Assembly (NCBI GenBank): GCA_030704615.1
Contig: CM060734.1
Coordinates: forward strand, 7,006,001-7,070,000
DNA length: 64,000 nt
From: Takakia lepidozioides
Taxonomy: Eukaryota > Plantae > Bryophyta
Direction: 5' to 3'
A model generated the notes under the pieces. That model saw only the letters and a program-made list of their open reading frames with translations, was not told the DNA's origin and did not search any database. Each line of letters opens with the position of its first letter. Position 1 is the first letter of the stretch. Shown piece after piece: positions 39,101-50,589 of this stretch. Both the position numbers and the translations under genes were made by a program.

Positions 39101-39721
39101 GATCGAGGCCGAGGAGCCCCCGGTTTACGAGTGAGTGGTGGCATTGTAAGTTGCCTCCAGATTTTGTGAGGCACCTCCCTCCGCTCTCTTATTTCATTGA
39201 AAACCCTTTCTGGTTGTGCTGGTATTGACATTCTTCAAGTGGATTTGTTCTTACTGTAGGATGCCAAGTACTGCCGGAGGGACGTCTACACCGGAGTTCA
39301 TGGGCAGGAGGAACGTGCCTTTTTTTGCCAGGGGGGATTTCATGCCTAGTGCAGAAAGGGAGTACATCCTTCCTACTTATGCTGCCCGGCTTGCTTCGGT
39401 GTCCATTAGGAGGTGTTCCGAACGTAGTCGTGTACAACAGATTTTAGACGAGGCAAGCCTCAAGAAAATGAAGATGAGGGAGGAGGCAGCAGCTATTAGA
39501 GCCCGTCGGGCTCGTAGATTTGTGTTGGATTCTGCTGAGGAAAGTGGGGGAGAAGACGCAGAAGATTCCCAGGAGGTGAGGTGGACAGTCCCCCAAGGAG
39601 AGGACGGGATTTTTGAGAGGCATAGTGGAACTCTGATGCATCACAGAGCTCGGAGGATGAGGGGGATGAGGGGGATGAGGAAGAAGGTGGGGCAAGTTCC
39701 TCGGAGGGTGTAGGAGAGTAG
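33187..39721 (+). pseudogene. Multi-exon ParB/Srx-like plus beta-class N6A/N4C DNA methyltransferase-like fusion gene (family A cargo)
   Basis: GT-AG introns at 35065-35182, 35373-35475, 35761-35845, 35972-36066, 36282-37366, 38496-38583, 38849-38932 and 39131-39259. Motifs FYVWDGNHRLLAW, CDMILLDIPD and RSPAFIQTLMETCS..ILDLTCGTG/ASMWAG..RHVFAFE. In-frame TAA at 36178, frameshift at ~33950; start and end are uncertain. Confidence 0.8.
36391..37340. repeat. Intronic tandem array, 10 x 95 bp, each unit an imperfect hairpin centred on GGCGCC
   Basis: CTAAGTCCCT recurs every 95 bp from 36391 to 37246 and pairs with AGGGACTTAG within each unit. Confidence 0.95.
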
Positions 39722-39962
39722 TGCCCATTCCGGCTATGACAGTTAGAACACACTTGTATAGACGTGGCTTGCCACAAAATTTGCAATAAAATGTTGCATT
39801 TCAAGTCCACTGGTGCCACATTCCAACTTCACATGACCCTATTTCCGTGCCTCCTAACCCTATTTCCGTGGACTCACAATGGTCTGCTCATGCTTTTTTT
39901 TTTCCGCTCATGCTCATGCCGCTCATGAAATAGCAGCCCCCTCCACGAGCTAGGGGGGCGAT

Positions 39963-40483
39963 TGTGGCAGACTACTTTATTGTGCATATATGTGTGGTGT
40001 GGTTTGGACAGCGATGTAGTTGTGTAGCGATATGTATGCGCACGACAGCTGTCAAGTTAAATAAGCACAGTGTGAAAACAGCTAGAATAAAACTAGTTAT
40101 TTGTATTTAACACTTGGATTTAGGTCAAGTGTTAAATCAGAGGTCAAGTTTAGTTTGACACCTGGTCCGTCTTATCTTCACGAGAGCGGCAGTCGCGCGG
40201 CTCATCTTTCTCGAGTTGAGCCTGCGCGACCAAGCTCCTGCATGCGGTTAGATTTGAGTGTGCTTATGTAGGGGTACAGGTTGTTGTGGGGTGGAGTCCC
40301 CATAGCTTGGGGTGCCCCTGGCTCGACTACTATTTCTAAGAGTGATGGTTTGGTTTTCATGTTTTGTGTAAACAGTGTGTTCGTTGGTTTTCTATCATTG
40401 TGGCAGACTACTTTATTGTGCATATATGTGTGGTGTGGTTTGGACAGCGATGTAGTTGTGTAGCGATATGTATGCGCACGACA
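39963..40483 (+). repeat. 3' terminal split repeats Y-gc-X-t-Y
   Basis: Y is 85 bp (39963-40047, 40399-40483) and X is 348 bp (40050-40397); each is bounded by TG..CA. Confidence 0.9.
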
Positions 40484-41054
40484 TCTTAAATATCAAAATG
40501 GATACATCTCTTGGTAACCCAAGGATTAATTCCCGCACAGAATTCTCATCTTCTTCAATGATGCACATTCTCACCATCTCACGCAATCATAATCTTCCAT
40601 TCATTTCATTCAGAATCGGTTTCACATTCCATCATTCCATTTCTCGCATAAAATAGATTGAATTGAACTTCCTTCTTTCCCTTATCTTCTTTTATTCATT
40701 CGTAAACATTACATTGCAATATCACAGTACTAATCTACCATTGAGAAATAACTCTATCTTCTAGCTCCTACACACACACACACACACTCTAGCCACAACT
40801 CTCTGGCTCATCTGACACCATCTACTTCATATGAACGATATAAATAGCAGAGTTGCTCCAACAACTTCGATAACCGTCCAAACCCAATCCCAATGGATAT
40901 GACAAGTTCTCCATTGTGAGAACGAAGGATGAACATACCACAGAAATGAGGGAACAATGGATTTTTTTATTGATCGACATTAATTCCACGTGAAGCACGT
41001 CTACTCTACTGATGGTGCATGCAAATCTAAACCATTGTGCCTTCTGAATGGAAG

Positions 41055-41639
41055 TCACCGCGTCGAAGGAACTTCCACTGGTTTGAAGACCGGGTTACGA
41101 GTCATGGGGCTCCTCCAAGTAAACTGGATTGCAGCCATTGTCGCGCCCTTGTTAAAGTTGACGACAATGTCGTGCCCTTCAATCAAACCACCATCGAATA
41201 TGGAAAGCTTCACTGTGGGCCTGTAGTGCACGTGCGTTTCGTCCTTGAAACGATTGCGAATGTCCCCATACAGTGGATAAGAGGAGCGGACTCATTTACA
41301 AGTATACACGTGTCTCCCCAATGGAGTCCTCCCAGGTCCACTGGCAGCAGTTCCAGTGCCAAAGCATAGTTGTGCGTAATCTGTCCAGCTGCCCACCGTA
41401 GCTGGGAAAATCGGAGTCAAGGATGTGCAGGAGCCACGGACTGGACAGACCGCCACCCTCACCCCACTCGAAAGCGTAGTAGCTTGGCAAATACTCCTAC
41501 ACAGTCAATGATTCCCGCTTCGCCCCAGAATCGTCTGTGAAAACTGTGAGCCAGATAATGATGTCTCCCGATTTCGGCGTAAACATTGCATAGTCGACGC
41601 CTCGATAGGGCAGTCCTCAGCATTGCAGAAGCATGGCAT
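41055..41639 (-). pseudogene. Frameshifted copy of the unknown ~187-aa MULE-associated gene
   Basis: YAFEWGEG..SPWLLHILDSDFPSYGG..LWHWNCCQWTWEDSIGET matches ORF 47719..48282. AAATCGGCGCCGATTT palindromes lie nearby at ~42068 and ~42162. Confidence 0.75.
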
Positions 41640-42715
41640 CCTTGCATAGGAGGCAAGAAGGACTGGGCACGAAGAGTATTTTGGCGTTGAGGAGACTGTG
41701 TATTGTCAATGAGAATGAGGTTGCAGACACCACCCAAGATATTTGAATTTCCCCCTGATGACAAGCGGATGAGGACTGGCGGCTCCAATAATGGAGCCGC
41801 TGCAACTTGGGTGCCACGTGCCCGTCTTTCAGTGGGAAACGTCTTCATCCCGCTTCCGCCGGATGAAAAATCACGGCTTCATTCCATCCGCGTGCCAAGG
41901 TGGACATTCATTTTGTGAAGTATTCCGGCTCAAGGTTTTTCAGCACTTAATGTTCTGTCCATGGCTCATGGCTCATGGTTCAGGAACACTGTTGAAAGAG
42001 TATCCTGCGGAATTGGAAGGGTGCTGGTAGATATAATCGCCGCCGCCTCGCAGGGACTCATGAATTCAAATCGGCGCCGATTTGCTTCAGGGACACTGTT
42101 TAAAGATTATGCGGAGTATCTCTTGGGATACTGGTATCGTTCCAGGGACTTGGAGCATTGAAATCGGCGCTGATTTACATGAGGGGCACTATTGAAAGAG
42201 TACCCTCTGCAAATCTAATGGTACTAGTGCTGAATATAATCGGATAGCCTGCCAGACCTTCAGAATGACATTTACAATCGCAACATTAATGTAGAATAAT
42301 AGGAATTTCTGGTTAGGCTATGATTTTAAAAAATTTAGCGTATTTTCCTGTCGATATACTCTGTGATATCTTCGATATTGCTGCGATAGAGCAGTGTTTC
42401 TCGATATTTTGTAAACAGTCAATAGTCTGTCCTTGACTGGATGATAGAAGAAATAGATGGATGACTATTTTGGATGGATAGAAGAGTGTCTGTTTGGGAG
42501 GGAGTGGCGGACGCCGTCAACGATAGCAACTATCGTTGCGGATGAAAAATTTGGCAATTCATCATTTGTGCTTGATGAAATTTCGTCTTTGGGATGGAAG
42601 TTTTTTTGTTGTACCTGCATTCAAAGGACACAGGGTTCCCATACATTGGACGAACCCCTATTCGCCACGTGCCGTGATCGTATTTGGCTTTTGAATTTGA
42701 ACGCAGAGACAATCA

Positions 42716-42785
42716 GCATGTAGCCTAGTGGTAATGGGCACATACCACGTTGGATGTGGTTGTGGGTTCAAACCACGGTCTGGTG
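42716..42785 (+). other. tRNA-like / SINE-head-like sequence
   Basis: A-box-like TAGCCTAGTGG and B-box-like GGTTCAAACC at tRNA-like spacing; no convincing cloverleaf. Confidence 0.35.
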
Positions 42786-43012
42786 TGTCATGAAGGTGTC
42801 CACCTTCCTAGCGGAAGGTAGTAGCCCTTGGGGGTGAAGTGACTCCATAAGTTACGCTCCCTTCGAGAGGCATCATACTTTGAACGCGGATGGCAATGCC
42901 GAAAGGCTTGTTGCCCTGCTGTAGGACCCCTTTGAGGCTAAGTTCCCCCGGATTACAATTCGCTGCACAAATGACTTTTCGCCACTTGCCTTCATCGTAA
43001 TGGGATTTGAAA

Positions 43013-46000
43013 TTAAACGCAAAATGTGATGCAGAACGCCGCATCGGTGCCAAGTAGGGACCCGTTGGAGGCTACTTTTCCCCCGCACACCGCCTGGGAA
43101 GAAAAAGAAGGTGTCTTTACAATTCCAGACTTCTTCCCTTTTTTCAGAAGCGAAACATGGAACACCGGAGGCACCTTGCTCTCCGCCAACAACTCCAATT
43201 TGTACACGTCCTCAGTCATAACCTCTTGAATGCGGAAAGGTCCCGCATACGGAGGTACAAACTTCGGACTCACTTCCAGAGGTAGTCAAAAAGTCTTGAT
43301 GTTCAGCCAGACCTCCATGCCTGCCTCAAACTTAACTTCCCTCCGACTCCGGTTTGCCTGCAACTCATAGCGCTTCCTAGCCTTGGTGATGTTGGACTTT
43401 GTAAGCTCCAACAAATGCTTGCGTTCCTCCAGCACCACCATTGCCGCATGCACCCTTTCACCATCTTCTTTGGCTCCCACCATTGTCATTTGGGCGGCCT
43501 AAGTCGTAGGCACCAAGGGGGCCTTTCTGTAGACCACTTGGAAGGGGAAAGCCCCCGTTGCAGAGTGTTTTGCGTTATGATAACAGAACTTTGCCGCATC
43601 CAGGTGATCCACCCAGTCCGACTGGTCCACCGCGACATAATTTCGAAGGAGTTGCTTCACCACCGAATTCACCCTTTCCGTTTGGCCATCCGTTGTAGGT
43701 CGGAAGGCCGTGCTCATCTTCAGCCTTGTCCCCATTTTCTTCCAAAGCGCCCTCCAAAATTTGCTTGTAAACTTTGGATCACGTTCGGAGACAATATCCT
43801 TTGAAAGTCCATGAAGTTTGAAAACATGGACGAAGAAAAGTTGCCCCGTCTCCTTGGTGGGGATGAAATGGGCCATTTTACTAAACCCATCCACCACTAC
43901 CATGATTGCATTGTAACCTCTTGACAACAACAAAGCAATCATGAAATCCATTGAGACATTCTCCCAAGGCCATTTCTGGAATCGACAAAGGTTGTAATAG
44001 CCCCACTTGTTTTTTGTACTCACTCCGGTTTTGTTGGCATGTGGTGCATGTCTTAACATACTCCTCGGCCTCCTCCCTTAGTTTGGGCCAGAAATACTCC
44101 TTCAAGAGTGCCGCGGTGCGCTTGGCCCCGCCGTGGCCCGCAAGCGGGCCATCATGGCGTTCCCTCAAGAGACTTTCTCTGAGCCCTCCCTTTGGCACGT
44201 AGAGGCACTTTTGCTTGTACTGGAGTAGTCCATTGTGCAATTGGAACTGCAACTTAGCCCCCAGCCTCAAGTCCCTCATCACGGATCTCACCAACTCATC
44301 CTTCCGATAAGCCCTCCGAATCTTCCTCTGCAGCTCTGTCTCGCCCTCGTACACCAACATGAGCTACTACTTCCTACTCAAAGCATCGGCCACCATGTTG
44401 TCCCGCCCCGGCTTGTACCAGGGATATCCATGTCAAACAATGCCAAGGTGTCTTGCCACCTAATTTGTTTTGGGGACAAGTTAGGTTGCGTGGCAAAATA
44501 CTTCACCGTGACATTGTCCGTGAACACCTTTACCGGGTTGGAACCAACATAGTGGCGCCAAAGCTCAAGGCAATGCACCACCGCTTTCATTTCCTTTTCG
44601 TGCGTAGGCCACTGCCTCTCCACCTTGTTCAGTTTCTTACTTTCGTAAGCCACTGGACGCCCATCCTGCATTAGCACACCCCCAATCACGAAGTCCGACG
44701 CATCTGTGTGAATCTCAAACGGGCGGTCGAACTCCGGGATCTTCAAGACTAGAGCCTCTGTCATTCGCTGCTTCAATTTGGCAAATGTTTGGCCACAAAA
44801 GGTGTTCCACACCCATACCTTGGATTTACGCAAGAGGTCTGACAGCGGCCCCGCAATCTTGGCAAAATTCCTCACATACTTTCGGTAGGAGGAGGCGAGT
44901 CCTAGAAATGATCGCACTCCCGGGACTGAAGTCAGAGGTTCCCAGTCCAAAATCGCCCTCACCTTTCTATCATCCATTTTGATCCCATCTTGCGTAATCA
45001 CATGCCCCAGGAACTCCACTTTTGTGACCCTGAATTCGCACTTTGAAGCTTTGGCATAGAGCTTCCATTCTCGCAACTTTTGGAACACCTTTTTGAGGTG
45101 TTTCAGGTGGTCTTCCTTTGTTTTCGAATACACCAAGATGTCGTCGATGTATACGATCACAAAGTCATCTAGCCACTCCTGGAAGAGGTTGTCATTAGTG
45201 TGGTGAGCCCAAAAGGCATCACCAAAAACTCGTACGAACCATGCCTTGTCCTGCACACCGTTTTCTCCTCATCTCCTTCTGCTACCCGAATCTGGTGGTA
45301 ACCTGAACGCAAATCGATCCGGCTGAAATACTTTGCACCTGCCAACCGATCGAAGAGGTCGTCAATCCTTGGCAAAGGGTACCGGTTTCTTATAGTCACC
45401 TTGTTTAGAGCCATGTAGTCGACACACATCCGTAGCGTCCCATCCTTCTTATCTGCAAATAGTACCGGGGCCCCATAAGGTGACTTACTTGGCCGGATGT
45501 ATCCATTTGCCATGAGGTCCTTGAGCTCGTGTGGCTCCTCCACGGCCCACTCCTTTGCCGTTAGCAGGTTTATTCGCCCTCCCACTCGGTTGGGCGTTTT
45601 TTATACCCTCAAAACTTCCCTGGAGATGCACTCTTTATAAAATGTGCGTATCACGTGAGTTCACCGACTAATAAACAAACCCATGTATATGGGTCATTGG
45701 ATAATTTATACCCCCTCTGTACATACTTTTTGAAGATTATAAAATCCTCTCTTGTAAATATACATAAATTTACAATTTTTAGAAAGTATCCCCTTCTGCA
45801 TGTATATTCCTCTTTTCGATCATTAAAAAATACCCTCAAATATGTATATATATGTATATATATATTATATTATAGTATTTTTTGCAATCTCCCCTGTCGA
45901 GGCTTCCCATATTGATATATCCACTTTGCTATTTTTCGCGAATTTCCAACGACCAAAAGCACTTGAAACTCCAAATCTCCCACGTAAATGGCCAATCATT

Positions 46001-47256
46001 GCTCTACGAAAGCCTACTTTGCTATTTTTCGTGAATTTCCAACGACCCAAGTACTTGGAATTCCACATCTCCCACACCATTGGTCCAAAAATCATGAGAC
46101 CAAGCCGTTGCACCCCTCCTCATCGAGGGCTTTCCAACGGCACCAAGGACCAGGGCTGGGGCCCCGTGGTTTGGGAGATCACAACGACGCTACAAAACAA
46201 AGAAAACAAGACAAACGTCTTGTTTCATATATTAATGTTAAAGTTTCAACTTGTATCAAGAATCATGGAGTAGTCTGTTGGTAATGAGATAGATGTGGTA
46301 CCTAGGTGGTCTGCGGTTCAAATCTGCACAGCAATATGTACATGTTTATATCGTAATCTTCAAAAAACTCACGATCTAATCGCAATTTGAACCCATGATG
46401 TGTCGCTTGACATTGTCAAGCCTTACCACTCCACTATCCACTCACACTTAATAACTTCCTCATGCAAACTTATATTTAACGTATATTTGCCCCCCCCCCC
46501 CCCCCTCCCCCTCTGTATGTATAATTTTGTACATGGGGGGTTTAAAAATACCCTCTTGTGCACGCACGTGCTGCTACAGATTGGGGGGCCCCAGGAAAAC
46601 TTTGCTACCGTTCCCACATGGCAGCATGACCAACCTCTTGCGGCCATCTATGACCGCTCTGAATTTACTCAAGAAAGTCATCCCCAAAATGAGATCAACT
46701 CCATCAACCTCGCAAATCCTGAAGTCCTCACGCCCCTCCCAACTCCCTAGCTGGAGAGGGACGTTGAACGCCACCCTTGTCACCAATTGTGGCTCTCCTT
46801 TGGCAGAGCGCACTTCAATGGAGGCCCCCACGTCAATTGTCGGGAGCCCCAACTTCCGTGCTATTGCCGGTGTCATGAAGGAGTGCGATGCTCCTGTGTC
46901 CACCAACAACGACACGTTAGTTCCAAAAATCTCCCCACTTATGAACATTAAGCGGCTTCCGCTACATAATGCTCCCGTTTCTTGAAACAGCTCACAAGTG
47001 TAGTTGCCCACCTTGCAAGTCTTGGCGACCACCGCCTCCACCATGCGGCTGATGGAGTCTTCGGACAGCTCCGTGGTCACCCGGGCCATGTTCAACTGTC
47101 GGGGTTTCGGGCAGTTTTTGGCCATGTGCCCGATCTCACCGCAATAAAATGAACTCACTCCAACTCAAGGTCTCTGGGTTTGGCCCTTGGTCATGAAGGC
47201 GTTTCAGCCACCATTGTTGAACATAGCCCCTCAAATAGGTGGGAGTCACTTCCACC
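43013..47256 (-). mobile_element. Decayed Ty3/Gypsy internal region, same family as 10844-16240
   Basis: Gag remnant at 47160-47256, Zn knuckle and protease (VDTGA), RT YIDD, RNase H, integrase and GPF motif; peptides closely match the first copy. Confidence 0.92.
45618..46595. mobile_element. ~1-kb AT-rich non-coding insertion into Gypsy pol (non-autonomous element)
   Basis: Flanked by duplicated AAAACTT (45611-45617, 46596-46602), which is single in the first Gypsy copy. Ends are CCCTGG..CCAGG. Confidence 0.65.
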
Positions 47257-47718
47257 GGGGGCTGCTATTTCGTGAGCCATGAGCCATGAGCGGCATGAGC
47301 CATGAGCAGAGTCGTAAGTGTGGAAAAAAACATGAGCATGACTATTTTCCGGAAATGAGTGTCCGCGGGAATAGGGTTGAGGGTGTCATGGTCATAGGGG
47401 GAGAAGGACCTCCCGATGAAGGAGGTTCGACAATGTTTTTTAGAATTACATATTGAAAGGCAATGTTTCGCGAATGGTAGGGTGGTAGTGCTCTGTACAA
47501 TGGGGGCCCATTTCAGCCTACCAGCCACTTGCAAAATCCACCCACACTCCCAATCCCAAACAAAATGAGGAATGATGCGTTCTGGGAATGATGGATACAG
47601 AATAGAACAAAAGAGGGCACAATGGGGTTTTTATTGATCCACATGAATTGCATTTGAAGCACGTCTACTGTGCTAGTGGTGCAAGCAAATCTTTAGCCCT
47701 GTGCCTTCTGAATACAAG

Positions 47719-48282
47719 TCACATTGTCAATGGGACTTCGACTGCTCTAAAAACTAGCTCATGAGTCATCGGGCTCCTCGAGGTAAACTGGATTGCAGCC
47801 GTTGTACCGCCCCTGTTGATGTTCACCACAATCTCGTGCTCTTCAATCATACCACCATTGAATATGGAAAGCTTCACGTTTTCGTCGTCCACACCAATGC
47901 GAATGTCCCCATACAATGGAGAAGAGGAGCGCACTCCTTCAGGAGTATACGTCTCTCCGATGGAGTCCACCCACGTCCACTGGCAGCAGTTCCACCGCAA
48001 CAGCATAGCAGTGCGCATTCTTCTGCATGGGTGCCCGTCGTAGCTGGGAAAATCGGAATCAAGGATGCGCAGGAGCCACGGACTCCTCAGACCAAGATCG
48101 TCACCCCGCTCAAAGGCGTAGTGGCCTGGGATATACTCAAAAGCGGACAATGTTTCCACATTCGCCCCAGTATCTTCTGTGTAAACTGTGTGCCAGATAA
48201 CGATGTCTCCCGACGTGGCCGAATACATTGCATAATCGAAGCTTCCATAAGGGCAGTCGTCCCGGTTCCGGAAGCACGACAT
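47719..48282 (-). CDS. Unknown 187-aa protein (intact ORF), MULE-associated
   Basis: Uninterrupted ATG-to-stop ORF with two diverged paralogs in the window; conserved GATCAATAAAA downstream. Confidence 0.7.
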   Translation of the reverse strand: MSCFRNRDDCPYGSFDYAMYSATSGDIVIWHTVYTEDTGANVETLSAFEYIPGHYAFERGDDLGLRSPWLLRILDSDFPSYDGHPCRRMRTAMLLRWNCCQWTWVDSIGETYTPEGVRSSSPLYGDIRIGVDDENVKLSIFNGGMIEEHEIVVNINRGGTTAAIQFTSRSPMTHELVFRAVEVPLTM

Positions 48283-48840
48283 CCTTGCAAAGGAGGACCT
48301 GAGGATGTCTTTGATGCCGATGACAATGACCTTGCGGAACGACTTTGATTATCAAAATGATGAGAAGCCAAGGAGCAGTGCGGGCTCCAATAATGGAGCA
48401 TCTGGGTCCCACGTACCCACCAATCATCGTGTATCGTGTTCATCATGCCAGCGGTGGATGAACCAATACCTCTTTCTCATCCACAGGGAATAGTTTGTAA
48501 TCTGCCACCGAAGTCCATCCCCCGGATGGAAATTTGACATCGAAGGGGGGATGGACTTCGTCGTCTCGAGTGGCTATAGGCCCACCTGGCACTTACTGCC
48601 CATAGTTTGCATGGCACGAAAGGAAACTGAAACGGCTATATTCATGGAGCAGCCAATCTTCATCCGTGCAGGTTCCTGTAGGGGGGAAATTTAAATGTGC
48701 CCTGGAGTGTTAGTGAGGAATTGCAGCGTTTGCAAACACATTGTCATGTCCTTGAACTACTTCCAGCCACCGCGCGCGCTGCTGCCTCCTCCATCCGGGA
48801 GCTGCTGTCATTGAGCGTACTTTGCTGATCTTTTGCAAGG

Positions 48841-49419
48841 ATGTCGTGCCGCCGCAATCCTGCTGACTGCCCTTATCATGGCCACGATTATGCGATGTTC
48901 AAACCAGAATTAGGATACATCATTGTGTGGCTCTCTGTTTTCACTGACGCTTCTGGAATCAAGCGGGAGTCTTTGCGCGCAATGGAGTATTTGGAGGGCT
49001 ATTACCGCTTTGAGCGAGGTGAGGGCGAGGGACAATGCGGTCCGTGGGTCCTGAAAATTGTTGACCTCGATATACCAAGCTGGAATGGGATGCCGGACAG
49101 ATCACGCACGGCCTCGCTTTGGCATTGGAACTGCTGCTAGTGGACCAGGGAGGACGGCACCGGGGAAAACTATATTCGTGGAGTTCACTCCGCTCTTCCA
49201 GTGTATGGAGACATTCGGCTGAGTTGTGAAGACGAATCGCACGGGCACATGAGGCCCACAGTGACCTTGTCAATGTATGATGGTGGTATCATTGATGGGC
49301 ATGACATTATCGTCAGCTCCACCAAGGGCACCATAACGACCGCATTTCAGTTTATCTGGAGGTGCCGCGTCAGTAATGAGCTTGTTTTGAGGGCTATCGA
49401 AGTTCCGTCGACATTGTGA
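48841..49419 (+). pseudogene. Divergently oriented paralog of the 187-aa gene, one in-frame stop (49138-49140)
   Basis: MSCRRNPADCPY..WHWNCC*WT..YGDIR..ELVLRAIEVP is colinear with 47719..48282. Confidence 0.75.
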
Positions 49420-49689
49420 CGCCCATGTAGAAGGCAGAAGGGCTTAGATTTGTCTAGAGTTGCTAAATGTGAGACACCGTGTTCGATCAATAAAACAACC
49501 CATCGTCCCTCACTTCTGTGTGCTGTGTTTCATTGTATTCAAGAACTGCTGTAATTGGCCCACTGTTTACAATTTGTGGTCTCATTTCTACAATGTCTCT
49601 GTCCACATCAATATATCAGAGTCAGCCATATCAGAGTCCTGAGGTGAAGGAAATCCATGTATGAGTAAAAGAAAGCATGTACATGCCCA

Positions 49690-50480
49690 AGCTCGGAAAT
49701 GCGGCACCGCATTTCATTTTTCTCCATGCAGCGATTTCTGGCAGCTCCCACTCCTCCGTTCTGGTCGTAACGGAAATGTGGTACCGCATTTCATTTCTTG
49801 ACATGGCATTTCCATACTTCAAATTCGAAATGCGGCACCGCATTCCCATGTTGGACCTTGAATGGTCCAAGCATGTCCAATCGGCCAATGCATGTCCATG
49901 TCCGTTCTAGAAATGCGGCACCACATTTCCATGTTCGTCATCAAAATTTCGTATTGGACAATGGAATGCGGCACCGCATTTCTGTCCAGCACGATGGAAT
50001 GCGGCACCGCATTTCCGTCGAAGGGTCTGGAATTGGACAAACAACGATGTCCATTCTGGAAATGCGGCACCGCATTTCCATGTCTGTCATCAAAATTTCT
50101 TATTGGACAATGGAATGCGGTGCCGCATTTCCGTCGAAGGGTCTGGAGTTGGACAAACATCCATCTCCAAAATGGACATGCGGCACCGCATTTCCATGTC
50201 CGCCATGGAAATAACGTGTTTGACCTCCGAATGCGGCGTCGCATTTCCATTTACCTCCATGGAAGGAGCTGGCAATCGGCAAAACTTCTGTGTCGAAAAC
50301 GGAAATGCGGCACCGCATTTCCGTTCGGCCGAACGGTTTCTGATGTCCAAACCAGGAAACGGAAAAAATGTTCTTGCCCCGGTTTTGGAAATGCGGTGCC
50401 GCATTTCCAAACGACGTTTTTGCAGTTGCCACATTTCCGTATTTCCGTTCCGACATGGAAATGCGGTGCTGCATTTCCGG
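49690..50480. repeat. Family B palindrome array GGAAATGCGG(CA/TG)CCGCATTTCC
   Basis: About 13 recognisable copies. Isolated copies also lie in introns of the family B cargo gene (~51800, ~53050). Confidence 0.92.
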
Positions 50481-50589
50481 TTTTGGGAAGGACGTGGTTT
50501 GGAAGATGGTGTCGTTTAGAAGCACATGGGAGAGGGGACATCAACAGAGAGAGAATCAACAGAGAGAACATTAACAGGGAGAATTTCCT

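Larger units (their letters stand above)
25639..39941. mobile_element. Complete MULE family A element (14,303 bp) with divergent transposase and ParB-MTase genes
   Basis: TIRs GAGGTTTGCTATTTCATGAGC / GCTCATGAAATAGCAGCCCCC with internal CATGAGC repeats. 9-bp TSD TCCACCAGC (25630-25638) / TCCACGAGC (39942-39950), 8/9 match. Confidence 0.93.
16706..40483 (+). mobile_element. C5-DNMT-encoding Ty3/Gypsy-like retroelement with split direct repeats (~9.5 kb excluding the nested MULE)
   Basis: TG...CA ends; TSD TCTT at 16702-16705 and 40484-40487. Repeat X at 16706-17053 = 40050-40397; repeat Y at 39963-40047 = 40399-40483. Polypurine tract at 39952-39960. Confidence 0.88.

Noticed and set aside
33950-39228. 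Bacterial contamination, prophage or a plasmid ParABS / restriction-modification locus
   Set aside because: The gene has conserved spliceosomal introns and lies inside a TSD-bounded MULE; no ParA or restriction enzyme is seen.
42716-42785. Functional tRNA gene
   Set aside because: A/B boxes are present, but I could not form acceptor and anticodon stems.
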